This document shows positions 40,333 through 49,765 of a DNA stretch of 64,000 nucleotides, piece by piece (within the stretch, counting starts at the first letter, position 1; each line of letters begins with the position of its first letter). Under the pieces are notes generated by a model. It did not search any database. It was not told the origin of the DNA and saw only the letters and a list, made by a program, of their open reading frames with translations. This stretch comes from Pelagibacteraceae bacterium AG-430-I06. Its GTDB lineage: Bacteria; Pseudomonadota; Alphaproteobacteria; Pelagibacterales; Pelagibacteraceae. The DNA is taken from NCBI GenBank assembly GCA_003209895.1, contig QCOH01000003.1, positions 20,144 to 84,143 of the forward strand, given 5' to 3'. Made by a program: the position numbers and the translations under genes.

Positions 40333-40821
40333 AAGAAAAAAAAATATATTAATAAATCAATGTATTCTATTCAAGGAATTAAGACTGTTGGAAATTCATT
40401 ACCTAAAACAATTAATAAGATTCTTAAAAAAGGAGGCCACAATTATTCATCAATAATAAACAATTGGGTAGAGTTGGTCGGAAAAGAAACTTCCCTCAAA
40501 TGCTATCCTAAATCAGTAAAAACGAATAGAGAGTTTAAAGATGGAGTGCTTGTTTTAAATGTAAGTCATGGTGATCAACTTGATATTGAATATGATAAGA
40601 GAAATATTATTGATAAAATAAATTCTTTCTTTGGTTATAATTTTATAAAGCAAATAAAGATCTCTTTAATTGACAACAAAATTAAAATTAAAAATCAAAA
40701 TACTTTAATGCATATTAAAGAAAAAAAATTAGATAATAAAATCGACCAAATTGAGAATTTGAAAATCAAAAAAAGATTGATTGAACTAGCAAAACAATAT
40801 GAAAATAAAAATAATAAATAA
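40327..40821 (+). CDS. DUF721-family protein
   Basis: 164 aa. ...IINNWVELVGKE...LVLNVSHGDQLDIEY... resembles DUF721. The mutY / DUF721 / dsbA-like / smc order matches my recollection of other Alphaproteobacteria. The start could instead be ATG 40360 (MYSIQGIK...). Confidence 0.6.
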   Translation: MHKKKKYINKSMYSIQGIKTVGNSLPKTINKILKKGGHNYSSIINNWVELVGKETSLKCYPKSVKTNREFKDGVLVLNVSHGDQLDIEYDKRNIIDKINSFFGYNFIKQIKISLIDNKIKIKNQNTLMHIKEKKLDNKIDQIENLKIKKRLIELAKQYENKNNK

Positions 40822-41398
40822 TATAAATACAATATTTTTTATATTTTTATTGTTTTTTTTCTTATCTAATTGTGACCAAAAAACCGAAGATAAAATAAAA
40901 ATTGATCAAGAAATTAAGGTAAAAGTTTTTTCTTCTCTTACTTGCCCACATTGTGCAAATTTTCATGAAAATGTTATTATTAAAATCAAAAATGATAGTG
41001 ATCTTAGAAATATAGTAAAATTTCAACACATAGGCTTTCCACTTGATTTAGCAGCGCTTAATGCAGAAAAAGTTTTAGAATGCTCCAAAAATCAAGAAAA
41101 TAGGTTTGAGTTATTAACTCATTTGTATAATCAACAAAATAATTGGACGTCAGGTAATGATATAAATGATATAAATGAATCATTGATAAAATTAGTTAAA
41201 AAATTTGGATTAAGTAGATCCAGCATAGAAAAATGTTTGAAAGATGAAGAGCTAGAAGAAAAAATTTTAGAGAAAGTTTTAAATGCACAAAAAGAATTTA
41301 AAATTAAATCAACACCAACTATATATATAAATAAAAAAAAGTATGAGGGTAAACATAATTATAAAAATTTTAAAAAGGAAATAGAAAAATTATTTTAA
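40799..41398 (+). CDS. DsbA-family thiol:disulfide oxidoreductase (probable lipoprotein)
   Basis: Signal/lipobox-like FFFLSNC. Thioredoxin-fold active site CPHC. Overlaps the upstream gene by 23 nt. Confidence 0.8.
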   Translation: MKIKIINNINTIFFIFLLFFFLSNCDQKTEDKIKIDQEIKVKVFSSLTCPHCANFHENVIIKIKNDSDLRNIVKFQHIGFPLDLAALNAEKVLECSKNQENRFELLTHLYNQQNNWTSGNDINDINESLIKLVKKFGLSRSSIEKCLKDEELEEKILEKVLNAQKEFKIKSTPTIYINKKKYEGKHNYKNFKKEIEKLF

Positions 41399-41399
41399 A

Positions 41400-43979
41400 A
41401 TGAAGTTTAAAAAACTAGAGATGTCTGGATTTAAATCATTTTTTGATAAAACTAATTTTTTTATTGAGGACGGTCTAACAGGTATTGTTGGTCCAAATGG
41501 TTGTGGGAAATCAAATATTGTTGAAGCTCTTAGGTGGTGTATGGGAGAAACTTCTGCAAAAAGTATGCGTGGAAGTGGTATGGAAGATGTAATTTTTTCT
41601 GGAACTTCAAATAGACCTCCGAAAAATATTTCTGAAGTGTGTCTGACCATTGATAACTCTGAAAAAGAGGGCCAGGGTCAATATGTACAATTGGAAGAAA
41701 TTGTGGTTAAAAGAAAAATAGAACGAGACAAAGGATCCAAATATTTTATTAATGACGAGGAGGTTAGAGCTAGGGACGCACAAACTTTTTTTGCTGATCT
41801 ATCTACTGGTGCCCATTCTCCATCGATGATAAGTCAGGGTAAGATTGGAATGATTGTAACCGCTAAACCGTCAGAAAGGAAATCAGTTTTAGAGGAGGCT
41901 GCAGGTATTTCAGGAATACATCTAAGAAGACACGAGGCTGAAACTAGATTAAATGCTGCTGAAAATAATTTGAAGAGAGCAGACGAACTTAGACGACAGC
42001 AAGAAAAACAATTAGAAAATTTAGAAAAACAAGCTGAAGAAGCAAGTAAATACAAAGAAATTTCACAAAAAATAAAGTCAGTAGAAGCGGGTCTTTACTA
42101 TCTTAAAATACAGGAGATTGACAAAGAAAAAGATAAAATAAAAATTAAGTCAGATGAAGCTCAAAAAGAAATAGATGAGGTACAAAAAGATTTAAATAAT
42201 TCCAACAATCTGGTTGAGGAAGAAAATAAAAAAATTCAACCTTTAAGAGATAAAAAAATGGAGAACCTTTCAAAAATACAAAAATTAAATTTAGAAATTT
42301 CAAATTTAAATGAAAGGGAGAAGGATATTAAGGAATTAAATAATAAACTTTTAGGAAATATTAAACTAATTGACTCTGATATAGAAAGGGAGAAAAGTAT
42401 ATCATTAGACTCCTCTTTGAATGAAAAGAGAATTCTTGAAGAAAAAAACGAATTGTTGAAAACTGAAAGAGAATTGGCGGATACGGAAAAAAAATCTGAA
42501 ATAAATCTTGATGTGGCTAAACAAGAACTTAAAGATAAACAAATTAAATTTGATAGCTTTTTCGAAAAAAAATTAGCATCATTTGACTTCGATGGGCAAA
42601 AAAAGATACTCGAGGATTTAAAAGAATTGAGTGAGAATATTAAAATTCTCCTTAATGATAACAATATAGATCAGGCAAAAATAAATAACGAAAAATTAAA
42701 TAGTATTATAAAAAATCATTTAAATAATATTCAAAACACGCAAATTAACGATTTAACATTAAATTTAAGAGAGTTAATCGAAAATATTACTTTATCACAA
42801 CAAAAATATGCATCTATTTTTGGAAGGAATGAATCTATACACGATAATTCTATTAAAAGAAAAGAGAGGATAAAAAGTATTGACCAAGAATTAGAAAATT
42901 GGAAAGATTTAAAACTGAACTCTGAAAAAATGCTTTTCAAACTCAATGATAGAAAGAGAAATATAGAAAAAGAATTAGAAGAAAATCGAAAAAATCCAGA
43001 AAAGATAGCAATTAATAAAGGACAAAATCTCCAGAATTTAGAAAATACAAAAAAAAATAATGAAGAACTTCAAATTGAAATTGAAAAAATAGAAAATAGT
43101 TTCGTACAATTAAATAATAATTTAAAGTCTATACAAGAAAAATTTACAGTATTAAGAGAAGGAAAAGCAAGACATGACGCTACGATTGAAGGAATTGATC
43201 AAAGAAAAATGGATATGATCTATATGATGAAAAGTGAACTTAAAATAGAAAATATAAATAATTTATTTAATATGTCAGACTTTGTTGAAGCAGAAAAAAT
43301 GCCGTCAGTAAGTGAACAAGAAGAAAAAATGGAAGAGATGAAAAAAAATAGAGAGGCAATGGGATCTGTGAACTTAAGAGCAGATATAGAAACTGAAAAA
43401 TTTAAGGGTACGATCAAAAAAATGGAAGAGGATAGAGCAGATTTGGTATCTGCAATTGTAAAATTAAAAACAAGTATAAATGAATTGAATCAAAGAGGTA
43501 GGGAAAGACTTTTAGAGGCTTTTTCAAAAGTTAATAAAAAATTTAATGAAGTTTATACAAAACTTTTTAATGGAGGAAATGCTAAACTTGAACTAGTTGA
43601 CTCGGACGATCCTTTAGAAGCAGGACTAGAAATGCTCGTATCTCCACCAGGAAAAAGATTGCAGTCAATAACGCTTTTATCGGGTGGAGAACAAGCTTTA
43701 ACTGCGCTATCATTAGTTTTTGCAATTTTTTTAACTAATCCATCTCCAATTTGTGTTTTAGATGAGGTCGATGCACCTTTAGATGATGCTAATGTTACGC
43801 GTTTTTGTTCTTTGTTAGATGAATTAGTTTCAGTTACTAGAACAAAATTCATAATAATTACTCACCATGCACTAACAATGTCAAAAATGAATAGGTTATA
43901 TGGTGTGACTATGCCAGAAAAAGGCATAAGTAAATTGGTTGCAGTCAATTTACAAAAAGCAGAAGAGTTAGTAGCATAA
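41400..43979 (+). CDS. smc: SMC-family chromosome partition ATPase, unusually short (859 aa)
   Basis: Walker A GPNGCGKSN, QGKIGMI, signature LSGGEQ, Walker B VLDEVDAPLD, D-loop. The long K/E/N-rich middle has no recognisable hinge (see findings). Confidence 0.85.
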   Translation: MKFKKLEMSGFKSFFDKTNFFIEDGLTGIVGPNGCGKSNIVEALRWCMGETSAKSMRGSGMEDVIFSGTSNRPPKNISEVCLTIDNSEKEGQGQYVQLEEIVVKRKIERDKGSKYFINDEEVRARDAQTFFADLSTGAHSPSMISQGKIGMIVTAKPSERKSVLEEAAGISGIHLRRHEAETRLNAAENNLKRADELRRQQEKQLENLEKQAEEASKYKEISQKIKSVEAGLYYLKIQEIDKEKDKIKIKSDEAQKEIDEVQKDLNNSNNLVEEENKKIQPLRDKKMENLSKIQKLNLEISNLNEREKDIKELNNKLLGNIKLIDSDIEREKSISLDSSLNEKRILEEKNELLKTERELADTEKKSEINLDVAKQELKDKQIKFDSFFEKKLASFDFDGQKKILEDLKELSENIKILLNDNNIDQAKINNEKLNSIIKNHLNNIQNTQINDLTLNLRELIENITLSQQKYASIFGRNESIHDNSIKRKERIKSIDQELENWKDLKLNSEKMLFKLNDRKRNIEKELEENRKNPEKIAINKGQNLQNLENTKKNNEELQIEIEKIENSFVQLNNNLKSIQEKFTVLREGKARHDATIEGIDQRKMDMIYMMKSELKIENINNLFNMSDFVEAEKMPSVSEQEEKMEEMKKNREAMGSVNLRADIETEKFKGTIKKMEEDRADLVSAIVKLKTSINELNQRGRERLLEAFSKVNKKFNEVYTKLFNGGNAKLELVDSDDPLEAGLEMLVSPPGKRLQSITLLSGGEQALTALSLVFAIFLTNPSPICVLDEVDAPLDDANVTRFCSLLDELVSVTRTKFIIITHHALTMSKMNRLYGVTMPEKGISKLVAVNLQKAEELVA

Positions 43980-43986
43980 GGGCTTA

Positions 43987-44271
43987 ATGAGCGAATTAGA
44001 TGATTTGAAAACTCGCCTTAAAATTGCAAAAGCTAAATTACAAAAAAAAAATGAGAACGGTAAAAAGAAAGGTGTTTTTCTTGGAAATGCTTTTAAGATT
44101 GGTACAGAGTTTGTTGCCGCAATTGCAGTTGGGACAATAATTGGGTTTATTTTAGATAACTGGTTTGATACTAAACCAATATTAATTATAATATTTTTTA
44201 TTTTTGGAGCTGCCGCAGGTATCATGAATATTTTTAGAGCTGCAAAAAAAATGCAAAATTTAGAGGACTAG
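43987..44271 (+). CDS. atpI: AtpI/AtpZ-family ATP synthase protein I
   Basis: 94 aa, two TM helices (GTEFVAAIAVGTIIGFILDNWFDTKP...). It sits immediately upstream of atpB, as in alphaproteobacterial F0 operons. Confidence 0.7.
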   Translation: MSELDDLKTRLKIAKAKLQKKNENGKKKGVFLGNAFKIGTEFVAAIAVGTIIGFILDNWFDTKPILIIIFFIFGAAAGIMNIFRAAKKMQNLED

Positions 44272-44274
44272 ATT

Positions 44275-45009
44275 ATGGCAACAAATCCAATGCATCAATT
44301 CCAAGTATACAAAATTGGTCCGGAGATAGAAATATCTGGTGTAAATCTCTCTTTTACTAACGCAAGTCTTTTCATGTTAATTAGTGCTGCTTTAGTAACG
44401 TTACTGTTGTTGCTTGGCACCAGGGAAAAAAAATTAGTCCCTAGTAAAATACAGCTTATTTCAGAAATGCTGTATAATTTTATTGCAAAAATGATTAGTG
44501 ATACAGCTGGCAAGAAAGCAAAGCCTTTTTTCCCATTTATTTTTAGTCTTTTTATTTTTATCCTTTTTTGCAACATGGTCGGAATGTTGCCCTACTCTTT
44601 TACAGTAACTAGCCATATAATAGTAACTTTAACTTTTGCGATATTTATTTTTATTGGTGTAACAATTCTTGGTTTCGTAATACACGGTTTTAAGTATTTG
44701 AAAATATTTGTTCCAAGTGGTGTGCCAATAGTTTTATTGCCAATTATTACAATTATAGAAATTATCTCATATTTAAGCAGACCAATAAGCTTATCTGTAA
44801 GGCTTTTCGCAAATATGATGGCTGGTCATACTATGTTAAAAGTTTTTGGTGGTTTTGTTATAAGTTTAGGTATTGTAGGTGGTTGGCTTCCATTAAGTTT
44901 TTCAGTTGCTCTAACAGGATTAGAAATTTTAGTAGCATTTTTACAAGCTTACGTTTTTGCAATTTTAACATGCATTTATTTAAACGATGCATTAAATTTA
45001 CATCACTAA
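44275..45009 (+). CDS. atpB: F0F1 ATP synthase subunit a
   Basis: SLSVRLFANMMAGH (essential Arg region). Polytopic, 244 aa. Confidence 0.95.
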   Translation: MATNPMHQFQVYKIGPEIEISGVNLSFTNASLFMLISAALVTLLLLLGTREKKLVPSKIQLISEMLYNFIAKMISDTAGKKAKPFFPFIFSLFIFILFCNMVGMLPYSFTVTSHIIVTLTFAIFIFIGVTILGFVIHGFKYLKIFVPSGVPIVLLPIITIIEIISYLSRPISLSVRLFANMMAGHTMLKVFGGFVISLGIVGGWLPLSFSVALTGLEILVAFLQAYVFAILTCIYLNDALNLHH

Positions 45010-45015
45010 CAACAA

Positions 45016-45022
45016 AAGGAGG
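45016..45022 (+). promoter_or_regulatory. Strong Shine-Dalgarno (AAGGAGG) for atpE
   Basis: Read directly, 4 nt upstream of ATG 45027. It is the best SD match I noticed in the window. Confidence 0.55.
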
Positions 45023-45026
45023 AAAA

Positions 45027-45254
45027 ATGGAACTAGAAGCAGCAAAAATGATTGGGGCAGGCTTAGCCGCTATTGCTTTGGCTGGAGCTGGTGTTGGTAT
45101 TGGAATAATTTTCGGAAATTATCTTTCCGGAGCAATGCGAAACCCATCTGCAGCACAAAAACAATTCCCAAATCTACTTTTGGGTTTTGCTTTGGCAGAG
45201 GCAACTGGTCTTTTTGGATTGGTTATAGCTTTAATAATACTTTTTGCATTTTAA
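45027..45254 (+). CDS. atpE: F0F1 ATP synthase subunit c
   Basis: 75 aa hairpin MELEAAKMIGAGLAAIALAGAGVGIGIIFGN...LGFALAEATGLFGLVIAL with the conserved carboxylate Glu. I set the start at ATG 45027, because the track ORF from 44883 overlaps atpB. Confidence 0.95.
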   Translation: MELEAAKMIGAGLAAIALAGAGVGIGIIFGNYLSGAMRNPSAAQKQFPNLLLGFALAEATGLFGLVIALIILFAF

Positions 45255-45271
45255 ATATTTTTAATTAGCTC

Positions 45272-45847
45272 ATGCCTAAGTTAAGTATTGTATTATTTGC
45301 TTCCACTTTATTGTGTGGAAGTCTTTTTGCAGCTGAGGCTGGTATGCCTCAGCTCGACCCAAAATATTGGGCATCTCAATCTTTTTGGTTAATTATTATT
45401 TTTTTATCAATTTATCTTTTGATTGATAGAATTTTCATACCAAAAATTAAAGGTAATATCGACACTAGAGAAGATAAGATAAGAAAAGATTTAGAAGAGG
45501 CTAAAATATTTAAAGAGGAAGCTGAAAAAAAACTAAAAATGTATAAAGAACTTATAGACGCGGCCAAAATAGATTCTAAAAAAGTTCTTTCTGAAAGTAG
45601 GCAAAAACTTAACGAAGATATTCAAATAAAAAAAACAAATATACAAAAAGAAATTGAAAAAGAAACTCAAAAGGCGGAAGATGAAATTAAAAAACTTAAA
45701 ACAGAGTCCTTGAATAAAATTAATTTAGTTTCTGAGGATATTGTATCAAGTTTGCTTAAAGAGATTTTTGGTGAAGACGGTAACAAAAGTAGTATCAAAG
45801 CCACTGTTTCAGAAGTAGTCAAACAACAAAAGGTTAAAAAGACATGA
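45272..45847 (+). CDS. F0F1 ATP synthase subunit b'
   Basis: GMPQLDPKYWASQSFWLIIIFLSIY N-terminus is typical of alphaproteobacterial b'. It has a single TM and a long charged helix. Confidence 0.85.
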   Translation: MPKLSIVLFASTLLCGSLFAAEAGMPQLDPKYWASQSFWLIIIFLSIYLLIDRIFIPKIKGNIDTREDKIRKDLEEAKIFKEEAEKKLKMYKELIDAAKIDSKKVLSESRQKLNEDIQIKKTNIQKEIEKETQKAEDEIKKLKTESLNKINLVSEDIVSSLLKEIFGEDGNKSSIKATVSEVVKQQKVKKT

Positions 45848-46341
45848 TAATCGACTCTACTTTTTGGGTAGCTATTTCTTTTTTTATTTTTATAGGATTA
45901 ATTGTTTATCTTAAAGTTCCACAAAAAATTGATAAATCATTAAATGAAAGTATAAAAAAAATTGAAGATGATCTTAATAATGCTGAAAAGTTAAAAGATG
46001 AAGCAAAAAATTTACTTAGCGAATATGAGGGAAAAGTTAGCAAATCAAAAGATGAAATAAAAAATTTAATAGATAAAGCAAAGAGTGAAGCTGAAAAAAA
46101 TATCATTAAAACTAATGAAGAATTTCATAAAATCGTTGAAAACAGAAAAAAAACTGCAGAAGAAAAAATAAGACAAATGAAAATCCAAGCTCTAAAAGAC
46201 GTTAAAAATTTATCAGTCAATATAGCCATTAGTTCAGTTGAAAAAATCATTAAAAATTCAATTGATAAGAAAAAACTTGATAAAGTTTACCTATCAAGCA
46301 TTGAAGAGACAAAAAAGATTTTAAAAAACAAATCTATCTAG
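45844..46341 (+). CDS. atpF: F0F1 ATP synthase subunit b
   Basis: Single N-terminal TM plus a K/E-rich helix. ATGA overlap with b'. Confidence 0.85.
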   Translation: MIIDSTFWVAISFFIFIGLIVYLKVPQKIDKSLNESIKKIEDDLNNAEKLKDEAKNLLSEYEGKVSKSKDEIKNLIDKAKSEAEKNIIKTNEEFHKIVENRKKTAEEKIRQMKIQALKDVKNLSVNIAISSVEKIIKNSIDKKKLDKVYLSSIEETKKILKNKSI

Positions 46342-46356
46342 AGTAAGATCCTTAAT

Positions 46357-47823
46357 ATGACTAAAAAGGTTATAGTTATTGGATCAGGTTTTGGAGGTCT
46401 TGCTTCAGCCCTTAGATTAAGAGCAAAAGGATACAGTGTAACTTTAATAGAAAAACATCCTGATTTAGGTGGACGAGCTAGAGTATTTAAAAAAGGTGGA
46501 TTTATATATGACGGTGGCCCAACAGTTATAACTGCTCCGTACTTATTTGATGAATTGTTTACTTTATTTAACAAAAAAATTTCTGACTACGTTAAAATTG
46601 TGCCATTAGATTTATGGTATCGATTTGTTTTTAATAATGGAGAGACATTTGATTACTCGGGCGATGAGATCTCTATGGAAAAAGAAATAAAGAAGTTTTC
46701 AAAAACTGATCTTAAAGGTTACAAAGACTTAGTCAATTTTACAGAAAAAATTTTTAATAAAGGTTTTACAGATTTATCTGATAAACCTTTTAATGACTTT
46801 ACTTTTATGCTTAAGCAAATACCTGCCTTGCTTAATTTAAAAAGTTATAAATCTGTTTATGGTTTGGTTTCAAATTATGTCTCAAATGAGAAGTTAAGAA
46901 GAGTTTTTAGTATGCATCCATTGTTAGTCGGTGGAAATCCATTTACCACAACCTCAATTTACACCTTAATTCTTTTCCTAGAAAAGAAATGGGGCATACA
47001 TTATTCAATGGGGGGAACGGGTAGTGTTGTTAAAGCTTTGGAAAAATTACTGAATGAAGAAGGAGTCGAAATAAAAAAAGGATCAGAAGTAACAGAAATC
47101 TTAACAAATAATAAAAATGTTAAGGGTGTAAAAATTAATAATTCTATGATTATTGATTGTGATTACATTGTATGTAATTCAGATCCTCCAAATGTTTACG
47201 AAAATTTGATTAAGTCACAAAATAATTATAACTTTTTATTTAAACAAAAAATTAAAAGAATGGATTATTCTATGGGACTTTTTGTTTATTATTTTGGATC
47301 AAAAAAACAGTATCCAAACGTGGCCCATCATACAATTTACTTTGGAGAATCTTATAAGGAACATTTGAACAAAATATTCGAAAAAAAAATTCTTTCAGAT
47401 GATATAAGTTATTATTTACATCGGCCATCAGCAACAGATCCAAATATGGCGCCTAATGGTCAGGATGCTTTTTATGTGCTTGTCCCTGTTCCTAATAATT
47501 TATCAAATATCAGTTGGTCAAAAGAGGGTGAGAAATTTAAAAATTTGGTTTTAGATAAGATGGATAAATCTGTTTTGCCAGGCATTAAAGAAAATGTTGT
47601 AAGTGATTTTTATCTGACACCAGATTATTTTGAGAAAGATTTAGCTACTCTAAATGGTTCTGGATTTTCCATACAACCAAAGTTTTCTCAATCAGCCTAT
47701 TTTAGATTTCATAATCAATCAGAGGTTTTTAACAATTTATATTTTGTTGGAGCTGGGACACACCCAGGTGCTGGAATGCCCGGTGTTATCTCTTCAGCCA
47801 AAGTACTAGATAAAATTTTATAA
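46357..47823 (+). CDS. crtI: Phytoene desaturase
   Basis: VIVIGSGFGGLASALRL FAD fold. C-terminal NLYFVGAGTHPGAGMPGV. Confidence 0.9.
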   Translation: MTKKVIVIGSGFGGLASALRLRAKGYSVTLIEKHPDLGGRARVFKKGGFIYDGGPTVITAPYLFDELFTLFNKKISDYVKIVPLDLWYRFVFNNGETFDYSGDEISMEKEIKKFSKTDLKGYKDLVNFTEKIFNKGFTDLSDKPFNDFTFMLKQIPALLNLKSYKSVYGLVSNYVSNEKLRRVFSMHPLLVGGNPFTTTSIYTLILFLEKKWGIHYSMGGTGSVVKALEKLLNEEGVEIKKGSEVTEILTNNKNVKGVKINNSMIIDCDYIVCNSDPPNVYENLIKSQNNYNFLFKQKIKRMDYSMGLFVYYFGSKKQYPNVAHHTIYFGESYKEHLNKIFEKKILSDDISYYLHRPSATDPNMAPNGQDAFYVLVPVPNNLSNISWSKEGEKFKNLVLDKMDKSVLPGIKENVVSDFYLTPDYFEKDLATLNGSGFSIQPKFSQSAYFRFHNQSEVFNNLYFVGAGTHPGAGMPGVISSAKVLDKIL

Positions 47824-48686
47824 TGTCTACGAAAAATTATTTATCAATTTATGCAAAATCTTTTAATTGGTCTGGTTTTTTTTTACCAAAGAAAACCTAT
47901 CTTAAATGCTCTGTTTTATATGATTTTTGTAGAACAATAGATAATATCGCTGACCAAAATAAAGATTTAGAAATAAAAAAAAAAGAACTCGAAGAATTTA
48001 GGAAAAAGTTTGAAAGTAAAAATAAAAGTGAAAGCGTTGTAAAAAATATGTGGGATTTAATGGATGAAATAAATATTTCAAAGAAAATAGTTGATGATTT
48101 ATTTGAAGGGGTAAATTCTGATCTAAAAAAAGAAGTAAGGATAAAAACAGAGAAAGAACTATTTATTTACTCTTACAGAGTTGCGGGAACAGTGGGATTA
48201 ATGATGGCAAAAATATTCGGGGTAAAAAAGAGAGAGTCTTTACAAAGAGCAATTGATTTGGGTATAGCAATGCAATTAACGAATATAGCAAGAGATGTAG
48301 TTGAAGATGAAAAGAAAAATAGAACTTATTTAATTAAAAAGTCTAAAGATACTTTCTTGGATATTAAAAATACAATTTTAAAAGCTGATGCTTTTTATGA
48401 TAGTTCATTTGAGGGTATAAAAGACATTCCAATTAGTTGTCGTTTTTCAATTATTGTTGCAAGGAGAGTTTATCGACATATTGGTAAAAAAATTTTGAAA
48501 AAAAAAGATATTTACGATTATCGAAAAGCTGGAAAAATTTATGTTTCAAATTTTGGTAAAATAATTCAAACAATTCTTTCATTAGTAGACTTGCTAAAAC
48601 TTTTTTTTATAAAACCAACAGAATATGAGAGAAAAATTGAATATAATTTAATAAATGAGGATATAAGTTTAAATGAGAGAATTTGA
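47823..48686 (+). CDS. crtB: Phytoene synthase
   Basis: Squalene/phytoene synthase Asp-rich motifs YDFCRTIDNIAD and NIARDVVED. Confidence 0.9.
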   Translation: MSTKNYLSIYAKSFNWSGFFLPKKTYLKCSVLYDFCRTIDNIADQNKDLEIKKKELEEFRKKFESKNKSESVVKNMWDLMDEINISKKIVDDLFEGVNSDLKKEVRIKTEKELFIYSYRVAGTVGLMMAKIFGVKKRESLQRAIDLGIAMQLTNIARDVVEDEKKNRTYLIKKSKDTFLDIKNTILKADAFYDSSFEGIKDIPISCRFSIIVARRVYRHIGKKILKKKDIYDYRKAGKIYVSNFGKIIQTILSLVDLLKLFFIKPTEYERKIEYNLINEDISLNERI

Positions 48687-49764
48687 TTATATAATTATTG
48701 GTGGCGGTTGTGCGGGATTGTCTTTAGCTTATGAACTAGATCTTCATAAAAAGTTAAAAAATAAAAAACTTGCAATTATTGATCCAAGAAAAAATTATAA
48801 GAGAGATAAAACTTGGTCATATTGGAATGTAATAAATCATAATTTTGATGATTGCGTTAAAAAAAGCTGGAGTACATTTTTAGTTAGTGACACTGCTAGA
48901 AACGTTAATAGAAGTCACTGCGTCTCTTATCCTTATCAAAGTATAGATAGTGAAAAATTTTACCAAAAAATACTTGGAAGACTAAAAAAAAATAAAAATA
49001 TCTTTTTCAAAAAAAAATTAAATAAGTCAAAGTATAAAGGGTCCATTATTTTTAATAGTGTGCCATCTATAAAAAAATTTAATAAAGACAAAACAAATTA
49101 CTGGCAACATTTTTATGGTATCGAAATAGAATTAAAAAGAAAAAGATTGGCTAAATCTGATACATTTCATTTGATGAATTTTGACTGTGAGCAAAGAGAT
49201 GCTGTTCACTTTATATATACTCTTCCATTCAAAAATAATCGTATACTTATAGAAACAACTTGGTTTTCCAAATATGATAAAAAATTATTCGATTACCAAA
49301 AACAAATTAATCAATGGCTTTGGGATTGGATGAGATTAAAAAAGACTGATTACAAAATTAAATATAAAGAACAAGGAGCAATACCTCTTTTTCCGATATA
49401 TCAAAAAAATAAAAAAAATTTTATAAATATTGGTACTGCGGGTGGTATGACGAGAGTAAGTACTGGTTATACATTTTTAAATATTCAAGAACATTCAAAA
49501 TATATTAGAATGAATATTGAAAATATTAATGAAGCTAAGAGATTTCAAATTAAGAAAAAATATTACTTTTTTGATAAAATATTTATGAGAGTTTTGGATA
49601 AATCACCAAAAATTATGCCGAAATTATTTTTTAATTTTTTTGGTATATTTAGTAACACTAATAGTATTATAAGATTTTTATCAAATAAAAGTAATTTATT
49701 AGATGATATTATAGTTATTTTTAAAATGCCAAAATGGGTATTTATAAAATCTTTATTTAATTAA
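48673..49764 (+). CDS. crtY: Lycopene beta-cyclase
   Basis: FDYIIIGGGCAGLSLA dinucleotide fold. CrtY-like length and position after crtI-crtB. GTAGGMTRVSTGY. Confidence 0.85.
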   Translation: MREFDYIIIGGGCAGLSLAYELDLHKKLKNKKLAIIDPRKNYKRDKTWSYWNVINHNFDDCVKKSWSTFLVSDTARNVNRSHCVSYPYQSIDSEKFYQKILGRLKKNKNIFFKKKLNKSKYKGSIIFNSVPSIKKFNKDKTNYWQHFYGIEIELKRKRLAKSDTFHLMNFDCEQRDAVHFIYTLPFKNNRILIETTWFSKYDKKLFDYQKQINQWLWDWMRLKKTDYKIKYKEQGAIPLFPIYQKNKKNFINIGTAGGMTRVSTGYTFLNIQEHSKYIRMNIENINEAKRFQIKKKYYFFDKIFMRVLDKSPKIMPKLFFNFFGIFSNTNSIIRFLSNKSNLLDDIIVIFKMPKWVFIKSLFN

Positions 49765-49765
49765 A

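Noticed and set aside
45027-45254. The possibility that the c-subunit indicates a Na+-translocating ATP synthase.
   Set aside because: Helix 2 reads AEATGLF, with no Ser/Thr directly after the Glu and Phe where Na+-binding c-subunits have Tyr. Helix 1 lacks the Gln. This is consistent with an ordinary H+-coupled enzyme.
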